From Clostridia bacterium (GTDB taxonomy: Bacteria; Bacillota; Clostridia; Oscillospirales; CAG-272), in assembly GCA_017461745.1 (NCBI GenBank), contig JAFTXE010000105.1, forward strand, positions 34,070 to 98,069: a stretch of DNA of 64,000 bases. Direction: 5' to 3'. The position numbers and the translations under genes were made by a program. The notes beneath the pieces were generated by a model. That model worked only from the letters and a program-made list of their open reading frames with translations. It made no database searches and was not told where the DNA came from. Numbering within the stretch: the stretch's first letter is position 1; each line of letters opens with the position of its first letter. Shown here piece after piece: positions 17,577 to 28,850 of the stretch.

Positions 17577-19244
17577 ATGTCACTTCGTTCCGATAACGTA
17601 ACCAAGGGCGCGGAAAGAGCGCCGAACAGAAGCTTATTTTATGCTATGGGCTATACCAAGGAGGAGCTTGAAAGACCTCTGATTGGTGTTGTAAGCGCTC
17701 ATAGTGAGATAGTTCCTGGACATATCCATCTTGATAAAATTGCGGAAGCAGTTAAGGCAGGTATAAGAATGGCGGGCGGAACTCCCGTGCTTATTCCCGC
17801 AATAGGCGTCTGTGATGGAATTGCTATGGGACATATTGGAATGAAGTATTCGCTTGCAAGCCGTGAGCTTATCTGCGATAGCGTTGAGACTATGACTATG
17901 GCTCATCAGCTCGACGGACTTGTGCTTGTCCCTAACTGTGATAAAATAGTTCCGGGTATGGTTATGGCGGCTGTTCGTATGAACGTTCCCGCACTCGTTT
18001 GTAGCGGCGGACCTATGCTTGCGGGAAGATACGACGGAGAAGAGGTCAGCCTCTCAAAAATGTTTGAAGCAGTTGGCGCGTATAAGGCTGGAATTATTGA
18101 CGAATGTAAGCTTACCGAATGTGAAATGGGAGTTTGCCCCGGTTGCGGAAGCTGTGCGGGAATGTATACCGCAAACAGCATGAACTGTCTTTGCGAGGCT
18201 ATTGGAATAGCGCTCCCTGGAAATGGAACTATTCCTGCGGTAAGCAATAAGAGAGTAATACTTGCAAAGCACGCAGGTATGGCTATCATGGAGCTTGTAA
18301 AGAATAACACTTGCGCAAGAGATATTATAAACGAAAAGTCTATTCGCAACGCTCTTGCTTGCGATATGGCTCTCGGCTGTAGCTCTAATAGTGTATTGCA
18401 TCTGCTTGCTATAGCAAACGAAGCGGGCGTTGAGCTTGACCTCAATCTCTTTAATGAAATGAGCGCAAAGGTTCCTAACCTTTGTCACCTTGCTCCCGCA
18501 GGTCCTACGCATATTCAGGATCTTGATATGGCGGGCGGTATTCCCGCAGTTCAGGCGGAGCTTGTTAAGAAGGGCTTGCTTGACACTACGGCACTGACGG
18601 TAACGGGAAAGACAGTTGGTGAGAATATTGAGGGAGCTTATATAAGAAACGAAGGCTCGATAAGACCTATTGATAATCCTTACAGCGAAACGGGCGGAAT
18701 ACAGATACTCTGGGGTAATATAGCTCAGAACGGTTGTGTTGTCAAGAGAAGCGCCGTAGCTCCCGAAATGCTTAAGCATAGCGGAAGAGCAAGAGTATTT
18801 AATTCCGAGGAAGAGGCTATTGCGGCTATATATTCGGGTAAGATAGTTGATGGCGACGTCGTAGTTATAAGATACGAGGGTCCTAAGGGTGGCCCCGGAA
18901 TGAGAGAAATGCTCAATCCTACAAGCGCCCTTGCGGGAATGAAGCTCGATAAGACGGTTGCTCTTATTACCGACGGAAGATTTTCGGGCGCGAGCCGAGG
19001 CGCATCTATCGGACACGTCTCTCACGAGGCTGCTGATGGCGGTAATATAGCGCTTATCGAAGAGGGCGATATCATTGATATCGATATACCAGCGGCGTCT
19101 ATAAACGTAAAGGTAAGCGACGAGGAATTTGCCGCAAGGAGAGCGAAATACGTTGCTCCCGAGCCTAACGTAAAATCAGGTTGGCTCGCAAGATACGCCA
19201 AGCTCGTCAGCGGTGCTGATAAAGGCGCTATAATGAAATCATAA
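17577..19244 (+). CDS. ilvD: dihydroxy-acid dehydratase
   Basis: 555 aa. Family-typical [32 protein letters not shown] and CPGCGSC Fe-S ligand region. Confidence 0.95.
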   Translation: MSLRSDNVTKGAERAPNRSLFYAMGYTKEELERPLIGVVSAHSEIVPGHIHLDKIAEAVKAGIRMAGGTPVLIPAIGVCDGIAMGHIGMKYSLASRELICDSVETMTMAHQLDGLVLVPNCDKIVPGMVMAAVRMNVPALVCSGGPMLAGRYDGEEVSLSKMFEAVGAYKAGIIDECKLTECEMGVCPGCGSCAGMYTANSMNCLCEAIGIALPGNGTIPAVSNKRVILAKHAGMAIMELVKNNTCARDIINEKSIRNALACDMALGCSSNSVLHLLAIANEAGVELDLNLFNEMSAKVPNLCHLAPAGPTHIQDLDMAGGIPAVQAELVKKGLLDTTALTVTGKTVGENIEGAYIRNEGSIRPIDNPYSETGGIQILWGNIAQNGCVVKRSAVAPEMLKHSGRARVFNSEEEAIAAIYSGKIVDGDVVVIRYEGPKGGPGMREMLNPTSALAGMKLDKTVALITDGRFSGASRGASIGHVSHEAADGGNIALIEEGDIIDIDIPAASINVKVSDEEFAARRAKYVAPEPNVKSGWLARYAKLVSGADKGAIMKS

Positions 19245-19271
19245 CATAGAAAGGGGTCTTTTTACGACGAT

Positions 19272-20942
19272 ATGAATAATTCTACCAAATATACAAGACA
19301 GTATTTTCCCGCCCCCGACACAAAAATGAAATGGGCGACAAAAAATTATATTACAAAGCCACCCGTATGGTGCTCCGTTGACCTCAGAGACGGAAATCAA
19401 GCGCTTATTATCCCCATGAGTCTTGAGGAAAAGCTTGAATTTTTCAAGCTGCTCGTCAAGATAGGCTTTAAGGAGATTGAAGTAGGATTTCCCGCAGCCT
19501 CCGAGACTGAATATAAGTTCCTTCGTACTCTTATTGAGGAAAATCTTATTCCCGATGACGTAACGGTACAGGTACTTACTCAGTCCAGAGAGCACATAAT
19601 CAAAAAGACTTTTGAAAGCTTGAAGGGCGCAAAGAACGCTATAGTCCATCTCTATAACTCCACGTCCGTGGCGCAGAGAGAGCAGGTATTCAAGAAATCC
19701 AAGCAGGAAATTATTGATATTGCCGTAAGCGGCGCTAAGCTTTTCAAGAAATACAGCGAGGAAATGGGAGTAAATTACAGATACGAGTATTCTCCCGAGT
19801 CCTTTACGGGAACAGAGCCTGAGTTTGCTCTTGAGATTTGCAACGCAGTTCTTGACGTATGGCAACCAACTCCCGATAATAAGGTAATAATCAATCTGCC
19901 CGTAACTGTTCAGGTATCCATGCCTCACGTTTACGCAAATCAGGTTGAGTATATGAACGATAATCTCAAATACCGTGAAAACGTTATAATCTCCTTGCAT
20001 CCTCATAATGACCGAGGCTGTGCTGTGGCAGATGCTGAAATGGGTCTGCTTGCGGGCGGAGACAGAATAGAGGGAACGCTCTTCGGAAACGGAGAGAGAA
20101 CGGGTAACGCAGATATCGTTACGATCGCGCTTAATATGTTTGCGCAGGGTATTGACCCGAACCTTGATTTCTCGGATATGAATTCCGTTACCGAGCTTTA
20201 CGAGAGAGTTACGAGAATGTCTGTTTATGACAGAACGCCATATGCAGGTAAGCTGGTGTTTGCCGCATTCTCAGGCTCACATCAGGACGCTATCGCAAAG
20301 GGAATGAAGTGGAGAGAGGATCACACCTGTCGTTATTGGACCGTTCCTTATCTTCCCATCGACCCCAAGGACGTCGGAAGAGAATACGAAACCGACGTTA
20401 TCCGTATCAATTCTCAGTCGGGCAAGGGTGGCATAGGTTATCTGCTTGAGCATAATTACGGTTATATTCTTCCCGCTAAGATGAGAGAAGACGTAGGATA
20501 TACCGTAAAGGGATATTCAGACCGCTCTCACAAGGAGCTTGCTCCCGCAGAGGTGCTTGATATATTCCAGAAGGAGTATGTCGGTATCAATGCGCCTATC
20601 GAGCTTGTTGATTATCACTTCGTTCGCAGAGGCGATGTTATCAAGGCGATAATAACCATAAATCAGAACGGTGAGATAAGTGATATTTCCGCAGAAGGAA
20701 ACGGACGTCTTGACGCGGTAAGTAACGCTATCAAGAAGCATCTTACTATAGATTACACAAACCTTACCTATACCGAGCACGCGCTTACCTCGGATTCGGC
20801 TTCAAAGGCTGTAACGTACGTAAGTATAACCTTCAGCGACGGTAAGACGGTTTGGGGCGCGGGCGTTCACGACGATATTATCGCATCTTCAATTTGCGCT
20901 CTCATGTGTGCTATCAACAGAAAAATTGCCGTAAAAAACTAA
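19272..20942 (+). CDS. leuA: 2-isopropylmalate synthase (long, LeuA type 2)
   Basis: 556 aa. VWCSVDLRDGNQAL and HPHNDRGCAVA metal-binding motifs, plus a C-terminal LeuA regulatory domain. Confidence 0.92.
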   Translation: MNNSTKYTRQYFPAPDTKMKWATKNYITKPPVWCSVDLRDGNQALIIPMSLEEKLEFFKLLVKIGFKEIEVGFPAASETEYKFLRTLIEENLIPDDVTVQVLTQSREHIIKKTFESLKGAKNAIVHLYNSTSVAQREQVFKKSKQEIIDIAVSGAKLFKKYSEEMGVNYRYEYSPESFTGTEPEFALEICNAVLDVWQPTPDNKVIINLPVTVQVSMPHVYANQVEYMNDNLKYRENVIISLHPHNDRGCAVADAEMGLLAGGDRIEGTLFGNGERTGNADIVTIALNMFAQGIDPNLDFSDMNSVTELYERVTRMSVYDRTPYAGKLVFAAFSGSHQDAIAKGMKWREDHTCRYWTVPYLPIDPKDVGREYETDVIRINSQSGKGGIGYLLEHNYGYILPAKMREDVGYTVKGYSDRSHKELAPAEVLDIFQKEYVGINAPIELVDYHFVRRGDVIKAIITINQNGEISDISAEGNGRLDAVSNAIKKHLTIDYTNLTYTEHALTSDSASKAVTYVSITFSDGKTVWGAGVHDDIIASSICALMCAINRKIAVKN

Positions 20943-20960
20943 TTTCAGAGGTGAATTAAA

Positions 20961-22223
20961 ATGGGAATGACAATGACACAAAAGATATTGGCAGCCCATG
21001 CAGGACTTGATTCGGTCAGAGCAGGACAGCTGATAATGGCAAAGCTTGACTTGGTATTGGGTAACGATATCACGTCTCCCGTTGCTATAAATGAATTCAA
21101 CAAAAACGGTTTTAAGGACGTTTTCGATAAGGACAAAATAGCGCTTGTTATGGACCATTTCGTTCCTAACAAGGATATCAAGGCAGCTCAGCAGTGTAAG
21201 CAGTGCCGTATGTTTGCTAAGTCCTTTGATATTTCCAATTATTACGATGTTGGAGATATGGGAATAGAGCACGCTCTTCTTCCCGAAAAAGGCCTTGTGG
21301 CCCCTGGTGAGCTTGTTATCGGAGCAGATTCACATACCTGTACCTACGGCGCTCTCGGAGCGTTTTCCACGGGTGTGGGAAGTACCGATATGGCTGCGGG
21401 TATGGCTACGGGAGAAGCATGGTTCAAAGTGCCCTCCGCAATTAAATTTGAGCTTGTAGGCAAGCTTCGTCCATTTGTCTCGGGAAAGGATGTAATCCTT
21501 TACATAATCGGTAAAATAGGCGTTGACGGCGCTCTCTATCGTTCTATGGAATTTACGGGCGAGGGACTTGCTTCGCTGTCTATTGACGACAGACTTTGTA
21601 TGGCAAATATGGCTATCGAAGCAGGTGCAAAGAACGGAATATTTGAGGTTGACGACGTAACTCTTGAATACGTAAAGGGAAGGGTCAACAGAGAATTTAC
21701 AGTATATCAAGCAGATGCCGACGCGGAATACGACGAGACCTACGTAATAGACCTGAGCGCTATTGAGCCTACCGTGGCTTGTCCTCATCTTCCCGAGAAT
21801 ACCAAGGACGCCCGTGAGCTTTCCGATATCGTTCCCGATCAGGTCGTTATAGGCTCTTGTACCAACGGTAGAATTTCGGATATGAAGGCGGCTGCCGATA
21901 TCCTTAAGGGTAAGCACGTAGCGAAGGGAGTAAGATGTATTATAATTCCCGCTACGCAGACTATATATAAGGAGTGCATCAAGCTCGGATATATTGATAC
22001 CTTTATTGACGCAGGTTGCGTGGTTTCTACGCCTACTTGCGGACCTTGCCTTGGCGGTTATATGGGAATTCTCGCCGAGGATGAGGTTGCGGTTGCCACT
22101 ACCAACAGAAACTTCGTTGGAAGAATGGGACATATTACCTCTAAGATTTATCTCGCAAGCCCTGCGGTTGCCGCGGCAAGTGCCGTTGCGGGTAAGATCT
22201 GTGACCCCAGAGACTTGAAATAA
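20961..22223 (+). CDS. leuC: 3-isopropylmalate dehydratase large subunit
   Basis: 420 aa of the aconitase family. [19 protein letters not shown] and CGPCLG Fe-S ligand motifs. Confidence 0.93.
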   Translation: MGMTMTQKILAAHAGLDSVRAGQLIMAKLDLVLGNDITSPVAINEFNKNGFKDVFDKDKIALVMDHFVPNKDIKAAQQCKQCRMFAKSFDISNYYDVGDMGIEHALLPEKGLVAPGELVIGADSHTCTYGALGAFSTGVGSTDMAAGMATGEAWFKVPSAIKFELVGKLRPFVSGKDVILYIIGKIGVDGALYRSMEFTGEGLASLSIDDRLCMANMAIEAGAKNGIFEVDDVTLEYVKGRVNREFTVYQADADAEYDETYVIDLSAIEPTVACPHLPENTKDARELSDIVPDQVVIGSCTNGRISDMKAAADILKGKHVAKGVRCIIIPATQTIYKECIKLGYIDTFIDAGCVVSTPTCGPCLGGYMGILAEDEVAVATTNRNFVGRMGHITSKIYLASPAVAAASAVAGKICDPRDLK

Positions 22224-22233
22224 GGAGGCTTTT

Positions 22234-22719
22234 ATGAACGCAAAAGGATATGTACATAAATATGGGGATAACGTTGATACGGACGTAATTATCCCCGCGC
22301 GTTACCTCAACACAGCAGACCACAAGGAGTTGGCTTCTCACTGCATGGAGGATATCGATAAGAATTTTACATCTAAGGTCAAGGTCGGCGATATAATGGT
22401 TGGCGGAGCGAACTTCGGTTGCGGTTCTTCCAGAGAACACGCTCCCATAGCAATAAAGAATTCGGGTATTTCTTGCGTTATCGCCAAGACCTTTGCGAGA
22501 ATTTTCTTCAGAAATTCTATTAATATCGGTCTTGCTATCCTCGAATGTCCCGAAGCAAGTGAAAAGATAGATGCAGGTGATAGCGTTGAAATAGATTTCG
22601 ATACGGGTGTTATTACCAATCTTACTAAAAACGAAACCTATCAGGCAGAGCCTTTCCCTGATTTCGTAAAGGAAATTATAAAGGCTGACGGTCTTATGAA
22701 TTCTATTGGAAAGAAGTGA
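22234..22719 (+). CDS. leuD: 3-isopropylmalate dehydratase small subunit
   Basis: 161 aa swivel domain with [15 protein letters not shown]. Confidence 0.93.
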   Translation: MNAKGYVHKYGDNVDTDVIIPARYLNTADHKELASHCMEDIDKNFTSKVKVGDIMVGGANFGCGSSREHAPIAIKNSGISCVIAKTFARIFFRNSINIGLAILECPEASEKIDAGDSVEIDFDTGVITNLTKNETYQAEPFPDFVKEIIKADGLMNSIGKK

Positions 22720-22725
22720 TATAAA

Positions 22726-23796
22726 ATGGTTAAGAATATTACGGTTCTTAAGGGTGACGGAATAGGTCCTGAAATTGTCACGCAGGCAATCAAGGTGCTT
22801 GACGTCGTATGTGAGAAATATTCTCACAAGTTCAATTATACCGAGGTCGATATCGGAGGATGCAGTATTGATAAATACGGCGTACCGATAACCGAGGAGG
22901 GAATGGCAAAATGTAAGGCGGCAGATAGCGTTCTGCTTGGCGCTGTGGGCGGTCCTAAGTGGGATAACGTTGCTCCCTCTGTAAGACCTGAAAAGGCTTT
23001 GCTTGCCGTAAGAAGCGAGCTTGGACTTTTTGCTAATCTCAGACCCACCAAGCTGTTTTCTCAGCTTGCCGACGCATCTCCGCTTAAGCCTTCAATAGTA
23101 GGTAACGGAATTGACCTTATGATAGTCCGTGAGCTTACGGGCGGTATTTACTTTGGAAAGAGAAGAACCGAGACAGTAGACGGCGAAAAGGTCGCTACTG
23201 ACGAAATGACGTATAGTGAGCATGAAATTGAAAGAATAGGCCGCGTAGCTTTTGAATCCGCAAGAAAGAGAGGCGGAAGGGTTGCTTCCGTTGATAAAGC
23301 CAACGTTCTTGATTCTTCAAGACTTTGGAGAGCAGTAATGCATAAGCTTGCAGAGGAATACAGCGACGTTGAATATTCCGATATTCTCGTCGATAATACG
23401 GCAATGCAGCTTATCAAAAATCCCTCGCAGTTTGACGTCATAGTAACTGAGAATATGTTTGGAGATATACTTTCCGATGAGGCAAGTATGCTGACGGGCT
23501 CTATAGGAATGATGCCCTCGGCAAGTCTTTCTGAAGGAACTCTCGGTATGTATGAGCCAATTCACGGCTCAGCTCCCGACATTGCGGGAATGGATATAGC
23601 AAACCCAATAGGAACTATTATGTCAGCAGCAATGATGCTTCGTTATTCCTTTGATATGGCAGAGGAAGCTGACGCAATAGAAAGAGCTGTCAATAAGGCT
23701 CTTGACGACGGATACCGCACCGCCGATATCTATAAGGATGGATTTAAGAAGGTTGGTTGCTCCGAAATGGGAACAATTATTGCCTCCAATATTTGA
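22726..23796 (+). CDS. leuB: 3-isopropylmalate dehydrogenase
   Basis: 356 aa. [13 protein letters not shown] and [20 protein letters not shown] signatures. Confidence 0.95.
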   Translation: MVKNITVLKGDGIGPEIVTQAIKVLDVVCEKYSHKFNYTEVDIGGCSIDKYGVPITEEGMAKCKAADSVLLGAVGGPKWDNVAPSVRPEKALLAVRSELGLFANLRPTKLFSQLADASPLKPSIVGNGIDLMIVRELTGGIYFGKRRTETVDGEKVATDEMTYSEHEIERIGRVAFESARKRGGRVASVDKANVLDSSRLWRAVMHKLAEEYSDVEYSDILVDNTAMQLIKNPSQFDVIVTENMFGDILSDEASMLTGSIGMMPSASLSEGTLGMYEPIHGSAPDIAGMDIANPIGTIMSAAMMLRYSFDMAEEADAIERAVNKALDDGYRTADIYKDGFKKVGCSEMGTIIASNI

Positions 23797-23815
23797 TTGA
23801 AAGGAAATAATTAAA

Positions 23816-24886
23816 ATGCTTAACATTAAATATGAGCTTGTAAGCCAAAGAAAAGCAAAGCCTGATTGGAACGCGTTGGGCTTCGGAAAATATTTCACCG
23901 ACCATATGTTTATTATGGATTACGATAAGGGAATGGGGTGGCACGACGCAAGAATAGTTCCTTATCAGAATCTTTCTCTTGACCCTGCTTGTATGGTTTT
24001 CCATTACGCTCAGGAAATGTTCGAGGGACTTAAGGCGTACAGAACTCCCAACGGAGAAATACAGTTTTTCCGTCCCGACAAAAATATTGAGCGTATGAAC
24101 AATACCAATACCCGTCTTTGCATTCCTCACCTTGAGCCCTCGGACGTTCTCGACGCTCTTAAGGCTCTTGTATCCGTAGAGAAGGAATGGGTTCCGACCG
24201 CTGAGGGTACGTCTCTTTATATTCGTCCCTTCATTATCGCTACCGACGTTCAGCTTGGCGTGCATCCTTCAAAGAGCTATAAGTTTATGATAATTCTCAG
24301 CCCCGTAGGCTCGTATTATCCTGAGGGAATAAAGCCTGTAAAGATATTCGTCGAAAGAGAATACGTAAGAGCAGTTAAGGGCGGTACGGGATATGCTAAG
24401 GTAGGCGGAAACTACGCTTGCTCACTTATCGGTCAGGAAAAGGCTGAGCAGATGGGATATTCTCAGGTTCTTTGGCTTGACGGAATTGAACATAAATATA
24501 TTGACGAGGTCGGCGCAATGAACGTCTTCTTCGTAATTGACGGAACTGTAGTTACTCCCGCGCTTGAGGAAGGAAATATTCTTCCGGGTGTTACGAGAGC
24601 TTCTTGTATTCAGCTTCTCAAGTCCTTTGGCTATAAGGTGGAGGAAAGAAAGCTGTCCTTGGACGAGGTTATCGACGCTTACAATGCAGGCAAGCTGAAT
24701 GAAGCGTTCGGAACGGGACCGGCAGCCGTAGTATCTCCTATGGGACTTCTTGATACGGGTGATGTGCAGATGACCATAAACAACGGAGAGATCGGAGAAG
24801 TTGCGCAGAAGCTTTACGATACTCTTACGGGAATTCAGTGGGGAAGAGTTTCGGACGATTTTGGTTGGACTGTAAAAGTTGACTGA
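23816..24886 (+). CDS. ilvE: branched-chain amino acid aminotransferase
   Basis: 356 aa class IV aminotransferase (FEGLKAYR..., GGTGYAKVGGNYA). Confidence 0.92.
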   Translation: MLNIKYELVSQRKAKPDWNALGFGKYFTDHMFIMDYDKGMGWHDARIVPYQNLSLDPACMVFHYAQEMFEGLKAYRTPNGEIQFFRPDKNIERMNNTNTRLCIPHLEPSDVLDALKALVSVEKEWVPTAEGTSLYIRPFIIATDVQLGVHPSKSYKFMIILSPVGSYYPEGIKPVKIFVEREYVRAVKGGTGYAKVGGNYACSLIGQEKAEQMGYSQVLWLDGIEHKYIDEVGAMNVFFVIDGTVVTPALEEGNILPGVTRASCIQLLKSFGYKVEERKLSLDEVIDAYNAGKLNEAFGTGPAAVVSPMGLLDTGDVQMTINNGEIGEVAQKLYDTLTGIQWGRVSDDFGWTVKVD

Positions 24887-24895
24887 AAATATTTT

Positions 24896-24932
24896 CATAC
24901 CGCAGGTGGATAATGATTGCACCTGCGGTATG
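24896..24932 (+). terminator. hairpin terminator after ilvE
   Basis: A 13-bp stem CATACCGCAGGTG / CACCTGCGGTATG. The downstream T-tract is weak. Confidence 0.55.
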
Positions 24933-24947
24933 CGTGCGTTTAAAATA

Positions 24948-25205
24948 TGCATTTGTAAATGCATAAAAATTTTAAAAATTTATGCGGATACTGCGGAAAT
25001 CTCAAAAGTACAGCGTGAATAATATGCATAAAATATGAATAATATGCATTGTTGTGCATAATGACAATTTGAGGGCGAAAAACTTGTAGAAATATCGTTG
25101 TTCGGCGTATTGACATATGGCTCAAGATGGTGTATAATATACAAAAAGAGCGAATACTATTCATTTTATGAATAATTTGCATTCTGTTCGATGAATTTAA
25201 ATTAT
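24948..25205 (+). promoter_or_regulatory. ARG-box (ArgR/AhrC-type operator) array flanking the argG promoter
   Basis: TGCATTTGTAAATGCA palindrome (24948-24963). TGAATAATATGCAT twice at 20-nt spacing (25016-25029, 25036-25049). GAATACTATTCA (25152-25163), TGAATAATTTGCAT (25169-25182) and TGAATTTAAATTAT (25192-25205) lie downstream of the -10. All resemble the TGAATwwwwATTCA core. Confidence 0.6.
25110..25138 (+). promoter_or_regulatory. sigma-A promoter of the arg operon
   Basis: TTGACA (25110-25115), 17 nt, TGTATAAT (extended -10, TATAAT at 25133-25138). Confidence 0.7.
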
Positions 25206-25231
25206 TTACCGTTTTCGGTAAGGAGGAAATT

Positions 25232-26461
25232 ATGGATAAGAAGAATATCAAAAAAGTTGTTTTGGCGTATTCAGGCGGACTCGATACGTCTATCATTATT
25301 CCGTGGCTCAAGGAGAACTACAACAATTGCGAGGTTATCGCAGTTAGTGGAAACGTAGGTCAGAGTGATGAGCTTGAAGGACTTGAGGAAAAAGCAATAA
25401 AAACGGGCGCATCTAAAATCTATATTGAGGACCTTACTGAAGAGTTCGTTGACGATTACGTAATCCCTACCGTTATGGCGGGTGCTAAATACGAAGAATA
25501 TATGCTTGGTACTTCCTTTGCGCGTCCTATTATAGCAAAGCGTATTGTTGAGATTGCTAAGGCAGAAGGCGCGGACGCTATTTGTCACGGTTGTACGGGT
25601 AAGGGTAACGACCAGGTTCGTTTTGAGCTTACTATAAAGGCATTCGCCCCCGATATGCCTATCATTGCCCCTTGGCGTGAGTGGAGCATAAAGTCTCGTG
25701 AGGAGGAGATAGAGTATGCTGAGGCACATAATGTTCCTCTTAAGATAAACCGTGAAACCAACTATTCCAAGGATAAGAACCTTTGGCATCTCAGCCATGA
25801 GGGACTCGACCTTGAGGATGCTGGCAACGAGCCTCTTTACGAAAAGGAAGGTTTCTTGGAAATGGGTGTTTCTCCCATTATGGCTCCCGACGCTCCTACG
25901 TACATCACTCTCGATTTTGAAAAGGGACGTCCCGTTGCATTCAACGGCGAGAAGATGAGCGCTAAGGATATCATTCTCAATCTCAATAAGGTTGGCGGAG
26001 AGAACGGTATCGGACTTCTTGATATCGTTGAAAACCGTCTCGTTGGTATGAAGTGCCGTGGCGTGTATGAGACTCCGGGCGGAGCTATTCTTTATGCGGC
26101 TCACGATTATCTTGAGACACTTTGTCTTGATAAATATACCGCTCATAAAAAGCAGGAGCTTGCCGTTACTTTTGCTGACCTCGTTTATAACGGACAGTGG
26201 TTTACACCTCTTCGCGAGGCTCTTTCCGCATTCGTTGATAAGACTCAGGAAAACGTTACGGGTAAGGTAAAGCTTAAGCTTTATAAGGGCAATATTATAA
26301 AAGCAGGCGCTTGGAGCGATTATTCTCTCTACTCCGAGGAGATAGCAACCTTTGGCGAGGACAACGTATACAATCAGGCGGATTCCGCAGGATTTATCAA
26401 TTTGTTCGGTTTGCCGATAAAGGTTCAGGCGCAGGTAAACGCAAAGAACAACAAAAAATAA
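25232..26461 (+). CDS. argG: argininosuccinate synthase
   Basis: 409 aa. [16 protein letters not shown]-binding motif. SD AAGGAGGAAA. Confidence 0.95.
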   Translation: MDKKNIKKVVLAYSGGLDTSIIIPWLKENYNNCEVIAVSGNVGQSDELEGLEEKAIKTGASKIYIEDLTEEFVDDYVIPTVMAGAKYEEYMLGTSFARPIIAKRIVEIAKAEGADAICHGCTGKGNDQVRFELTIKAFAPDMPIIAPWREWSIKSREEEIEYAEAHNVPLKINRETNYSKDKNLWHLSHEGLDLEDAGNEPLYEKEGFLEMGVSPIMAPDAPTYITLDFEKGRPVAFNGEKMSAKDIILNLNKVGGENGIGLLDIVENRLVGMKCRGVYETPGGAILYAAHDYLETLCLDKYTAHKKQELAVTFADLVYNGQWFTPLREALSAFVDKTQENVTGKVKLKLYKGNIIKAGAWSDYSLYSEEIATFGEDNVYNQADSAGFINLFGLPIKVQAQVNAKNNKK

Positions 26462-26520
26462 TCAAGGAGCATTTTGCCTGGCGTCCTTTTGGACGGCGGG
26501 CAAAACGTGTATAAAAAGAC

Positions 26521-27897
26521 ATGGAAAAAATGTGGGCAGGAAGGTTTGCCAAGGCTCTTGACAGCAAGGCAGATGACTTCAATTCTTCAATTCGTTTTGA
26601 TTGCAAAATGTACCGTCACGATATCACGGGCTCGATAGCGCACGCTCAGATGCTTGCGAAGCAGGGTATAATTTCGGCTGAGGACTGCGAAAAGATAACC
26701 GATGGACTTGCGGGAATTCTTGATGATATCGATAACGGAAAGCTTGAATTTGATATGAGCTGCGAGGACGTACATATGTTCGTAGAGGCAGAGCTTACCA
26801 AGAGAATAGGCGACGCGGGCAAGAGACTTCATACGGAGCGTAGCCGTAACGACCAGGTGGCGCTTGATATTCGTATGTATCTTAGAGACAGAACGCAAGA
26901 AATCATAGAGCTTCTAAAGATTCTCGTAGCGGATATAGCCGATAAGGCAGAGGAAAACAAGGCGGTTATCGTCCCGGGATATACGCATCTGCAAAGAGCA
27001 CAGCCTATTACCTTCGGTCATCATATAATGGCTTACGCAATGATGCTTCTCAGAGATATATCACGTCTTGAGGACGCTGTCAGAAGAATGAACTATTCTC
27101 CTATCGGTTGCTGTGCATTGGCAGGAACTACTTATAACACGGACAGAAGATTTGAAGCTGACGCACTCGGCTTTGACGGATTGATGCTCAATAGTATAGA
27201 CGGTGTATCCGACAGAGACTTTTGCCTCGAGCTTATGAGCGCGTATTCCATCATAATGATGCACCTGTCAAGATTTTCAGAGGAAATAATTCTCTGGTCA
27301 AGCTGGGAATTTAAGTTCGTTGAGCTTGACGATTCCTATACTACAGGCTCGTCTATAATGCCTCAGAAGAAAAACTCTGATATGGCAGAGCTCGTAAGAG
27401 GAAAGACGGGAAGAGTATATGGTAATCTGTTGGCGCTTCTGACAACTCTTAAGGGATTGCCTTTGGCGTATAACAAGGATATGCAAGAGGACAAGGAAGC
27501 AATATTCGATTCAATTGAAACCGTACAAATGTGCCTTGAAATATTTGCGCCCATGATAAGAACCATGAAGGTAAAAGCAGATAATATGTATCGCGCGGCT
27601 CAGGAAGGCTTTATAAACGCTACCGACCTTGCCGACTATTTGACCAAAAAGGGAATGCCCTTCAGAGCGGCTTACAAAATAGTCGGACAGATAGTAGCTG
27701 AATGTATAGATAAAAAATGCGTTCTGGATAACCTTCCGCTTGATGCTTATAAAGCGCATAGCGATATGTTTGAGGCGGATTTGTTTGAAGAAATTTCTCT
27801 TGAAACGTGCGTTAATAAGAGAATATCCGAAGGCGGTACTTCGGTATCGTCCGTTGAAAAGCAGATTGCTTACGTCAGAGAGGAACTGAAAAAATGA
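26521..27897 (+). CDS. argH: argininosuccinate lyase
   Basis: 458 aa. MWAGRF N-terminus and the fumarate-lyase signature GSSIMPQKKN. Confidence 0.95.
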   Translation: MEKMWAGRFAKALDSKADDFNSSIRFDCKMYRHDITGSIAHAQMLAKQGIISAEDCEKITDGLAGILDDIDNGKLEFDMSCEDVHMFVEAELTKRIGDAGKRLHTERSRNDQVALDIRMYLRDRTQEIIELLKILVADIADKAEENKAVIVPGYTHLQRAQPITFGHHIMAYAMMLLRDISRLEDAVRRMNYSPIGCCALAGTTYNTDRRFEADALGFDGLMLNSIDGVSDRDFCLELMSAYSIIMMHLSRFSEEIILWSSWEFKFVELDDSYTTGSSIMPQKKNSDMAELVRGKTGRVYGNLLALLTTLKGLPLAYNKDMQEDKEAIFDSIETVQMCLEIFAPMIRTMKVKADNMYRAAQEGFINATDLADYLTKKGMPFRAAYKIVGQIVAECIDKKCVLDNLPLDAYKAHSDMFEADLFEEISLETCVNKRISEGGTSVSSVEKQIAYVREELKK

Positions 27898-28826
27898 AAA
27901 AGATATTTATAGATGGCAAAGCGGGAACTACGGGACTTCGTATTTACGAAAGACTTGCAGACAGAAATGATGTCAGCTTGATACTTTTGTCAGACGAGGA
28001 AAGAAAGCTCCCCGAAGCAAGAAAAAAAGCGCTTAATAGCTGTGATATCGCTTTTCTTTGCTTGCCCGACGATGCCGCAAGAGAAGCAGTCTCGATGATA
28101 GATAATCCTGACGTGGTGGTTATCGACGCATCGACCGCTCATAGAACCGCAGAGGGTTGGAGCTACGGTTTTCCCGAGCTGTCCAAGGAATTTGAGCAGC
28201 GTATCTATAGCGCTAAAAGAATTGCCGTCCCTGGATGCCACGCAAGCGGATTTATCGCTCTCGTGTATCCTCTCGTAAAGGCTGGAGTTCTTTCTCATGA
28301 AGCACTTGTTTCCTGCCACTCAATAACGGGATATAGCGGCGGCGGAAAAAAGATGATTGCCGATTACGATAGTCAAGATAGATGCGAATTGCTTGATTAT
28401 CCAAGACAGTACGGAATTACACAACAGCATAAGCATCTTAAGGAAATGAAGTATATTACGGGACTCTGCGAAGCACCCGTGTTCAGCCCGATAGTTTCGG
28501 ACTTTTATAGCGGAATGGAGGTTACCGTTCCATTGTTCGCTAAAAATCTCAACGACGGATATAGCGTTGAAGACGTTAAAAAGATTTATAAAGATACTTA
28601 CTGCGGAAATATTGTAAAATACGTTGAGGCAGCAGACGATGGCGGCTTTTTGTCAGCTGGAATACTTGCGCAAAAGGACTCCATGATAGTTACCGTTTGC
28701 GGAAACGCCGATAGATTCATACTTGTAGCTCTTTACGATAATCTCGGAAAAGGAGCATCGGGCGCGGCAGTAGAGTGTATGAATATGGTTATGGGAGAAG
28801 CTCCTGAAAAAGGACTTGTTATTTAA
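27894..28826 (+). CDS. argC: N-acetyl-gamma-glutamyl-phosphate reductase (short form)
   Basis: 310 aa with active-site PGCHASG. ATGA start/stop overlap with argH. Confidence 0.9.
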   Translation: MKKIFIDGKAGTTGLRIYERLADRNDVSLILLSDEERKLPEARKKALNSCDIAFLCLPDDAAREAVSMIDNPDVVVIDASTAHRTAEGWSYGFPELSKEFEQRIYSAKRIAVPGCHASGFIALVYPLVKAGVLSHEALVSCHSITGYSGGGKKMIADYDSQDRCELLDYPRQYGITQQHKHLKEMKYITGLCEAPVFSPIVSDFYSGMEVTVPLFAKNLNDGYSVEDVKKIYKDTYCGNIVKYVEAADDGGFLSAGILAQKDSMIVTVCGNADRFILVALYDNLGKGASGAAVECMNMVMGEAPEKGLVI

Positions 28827-28850
28827 ATTCACGAGGGTATAAAAAGAATT

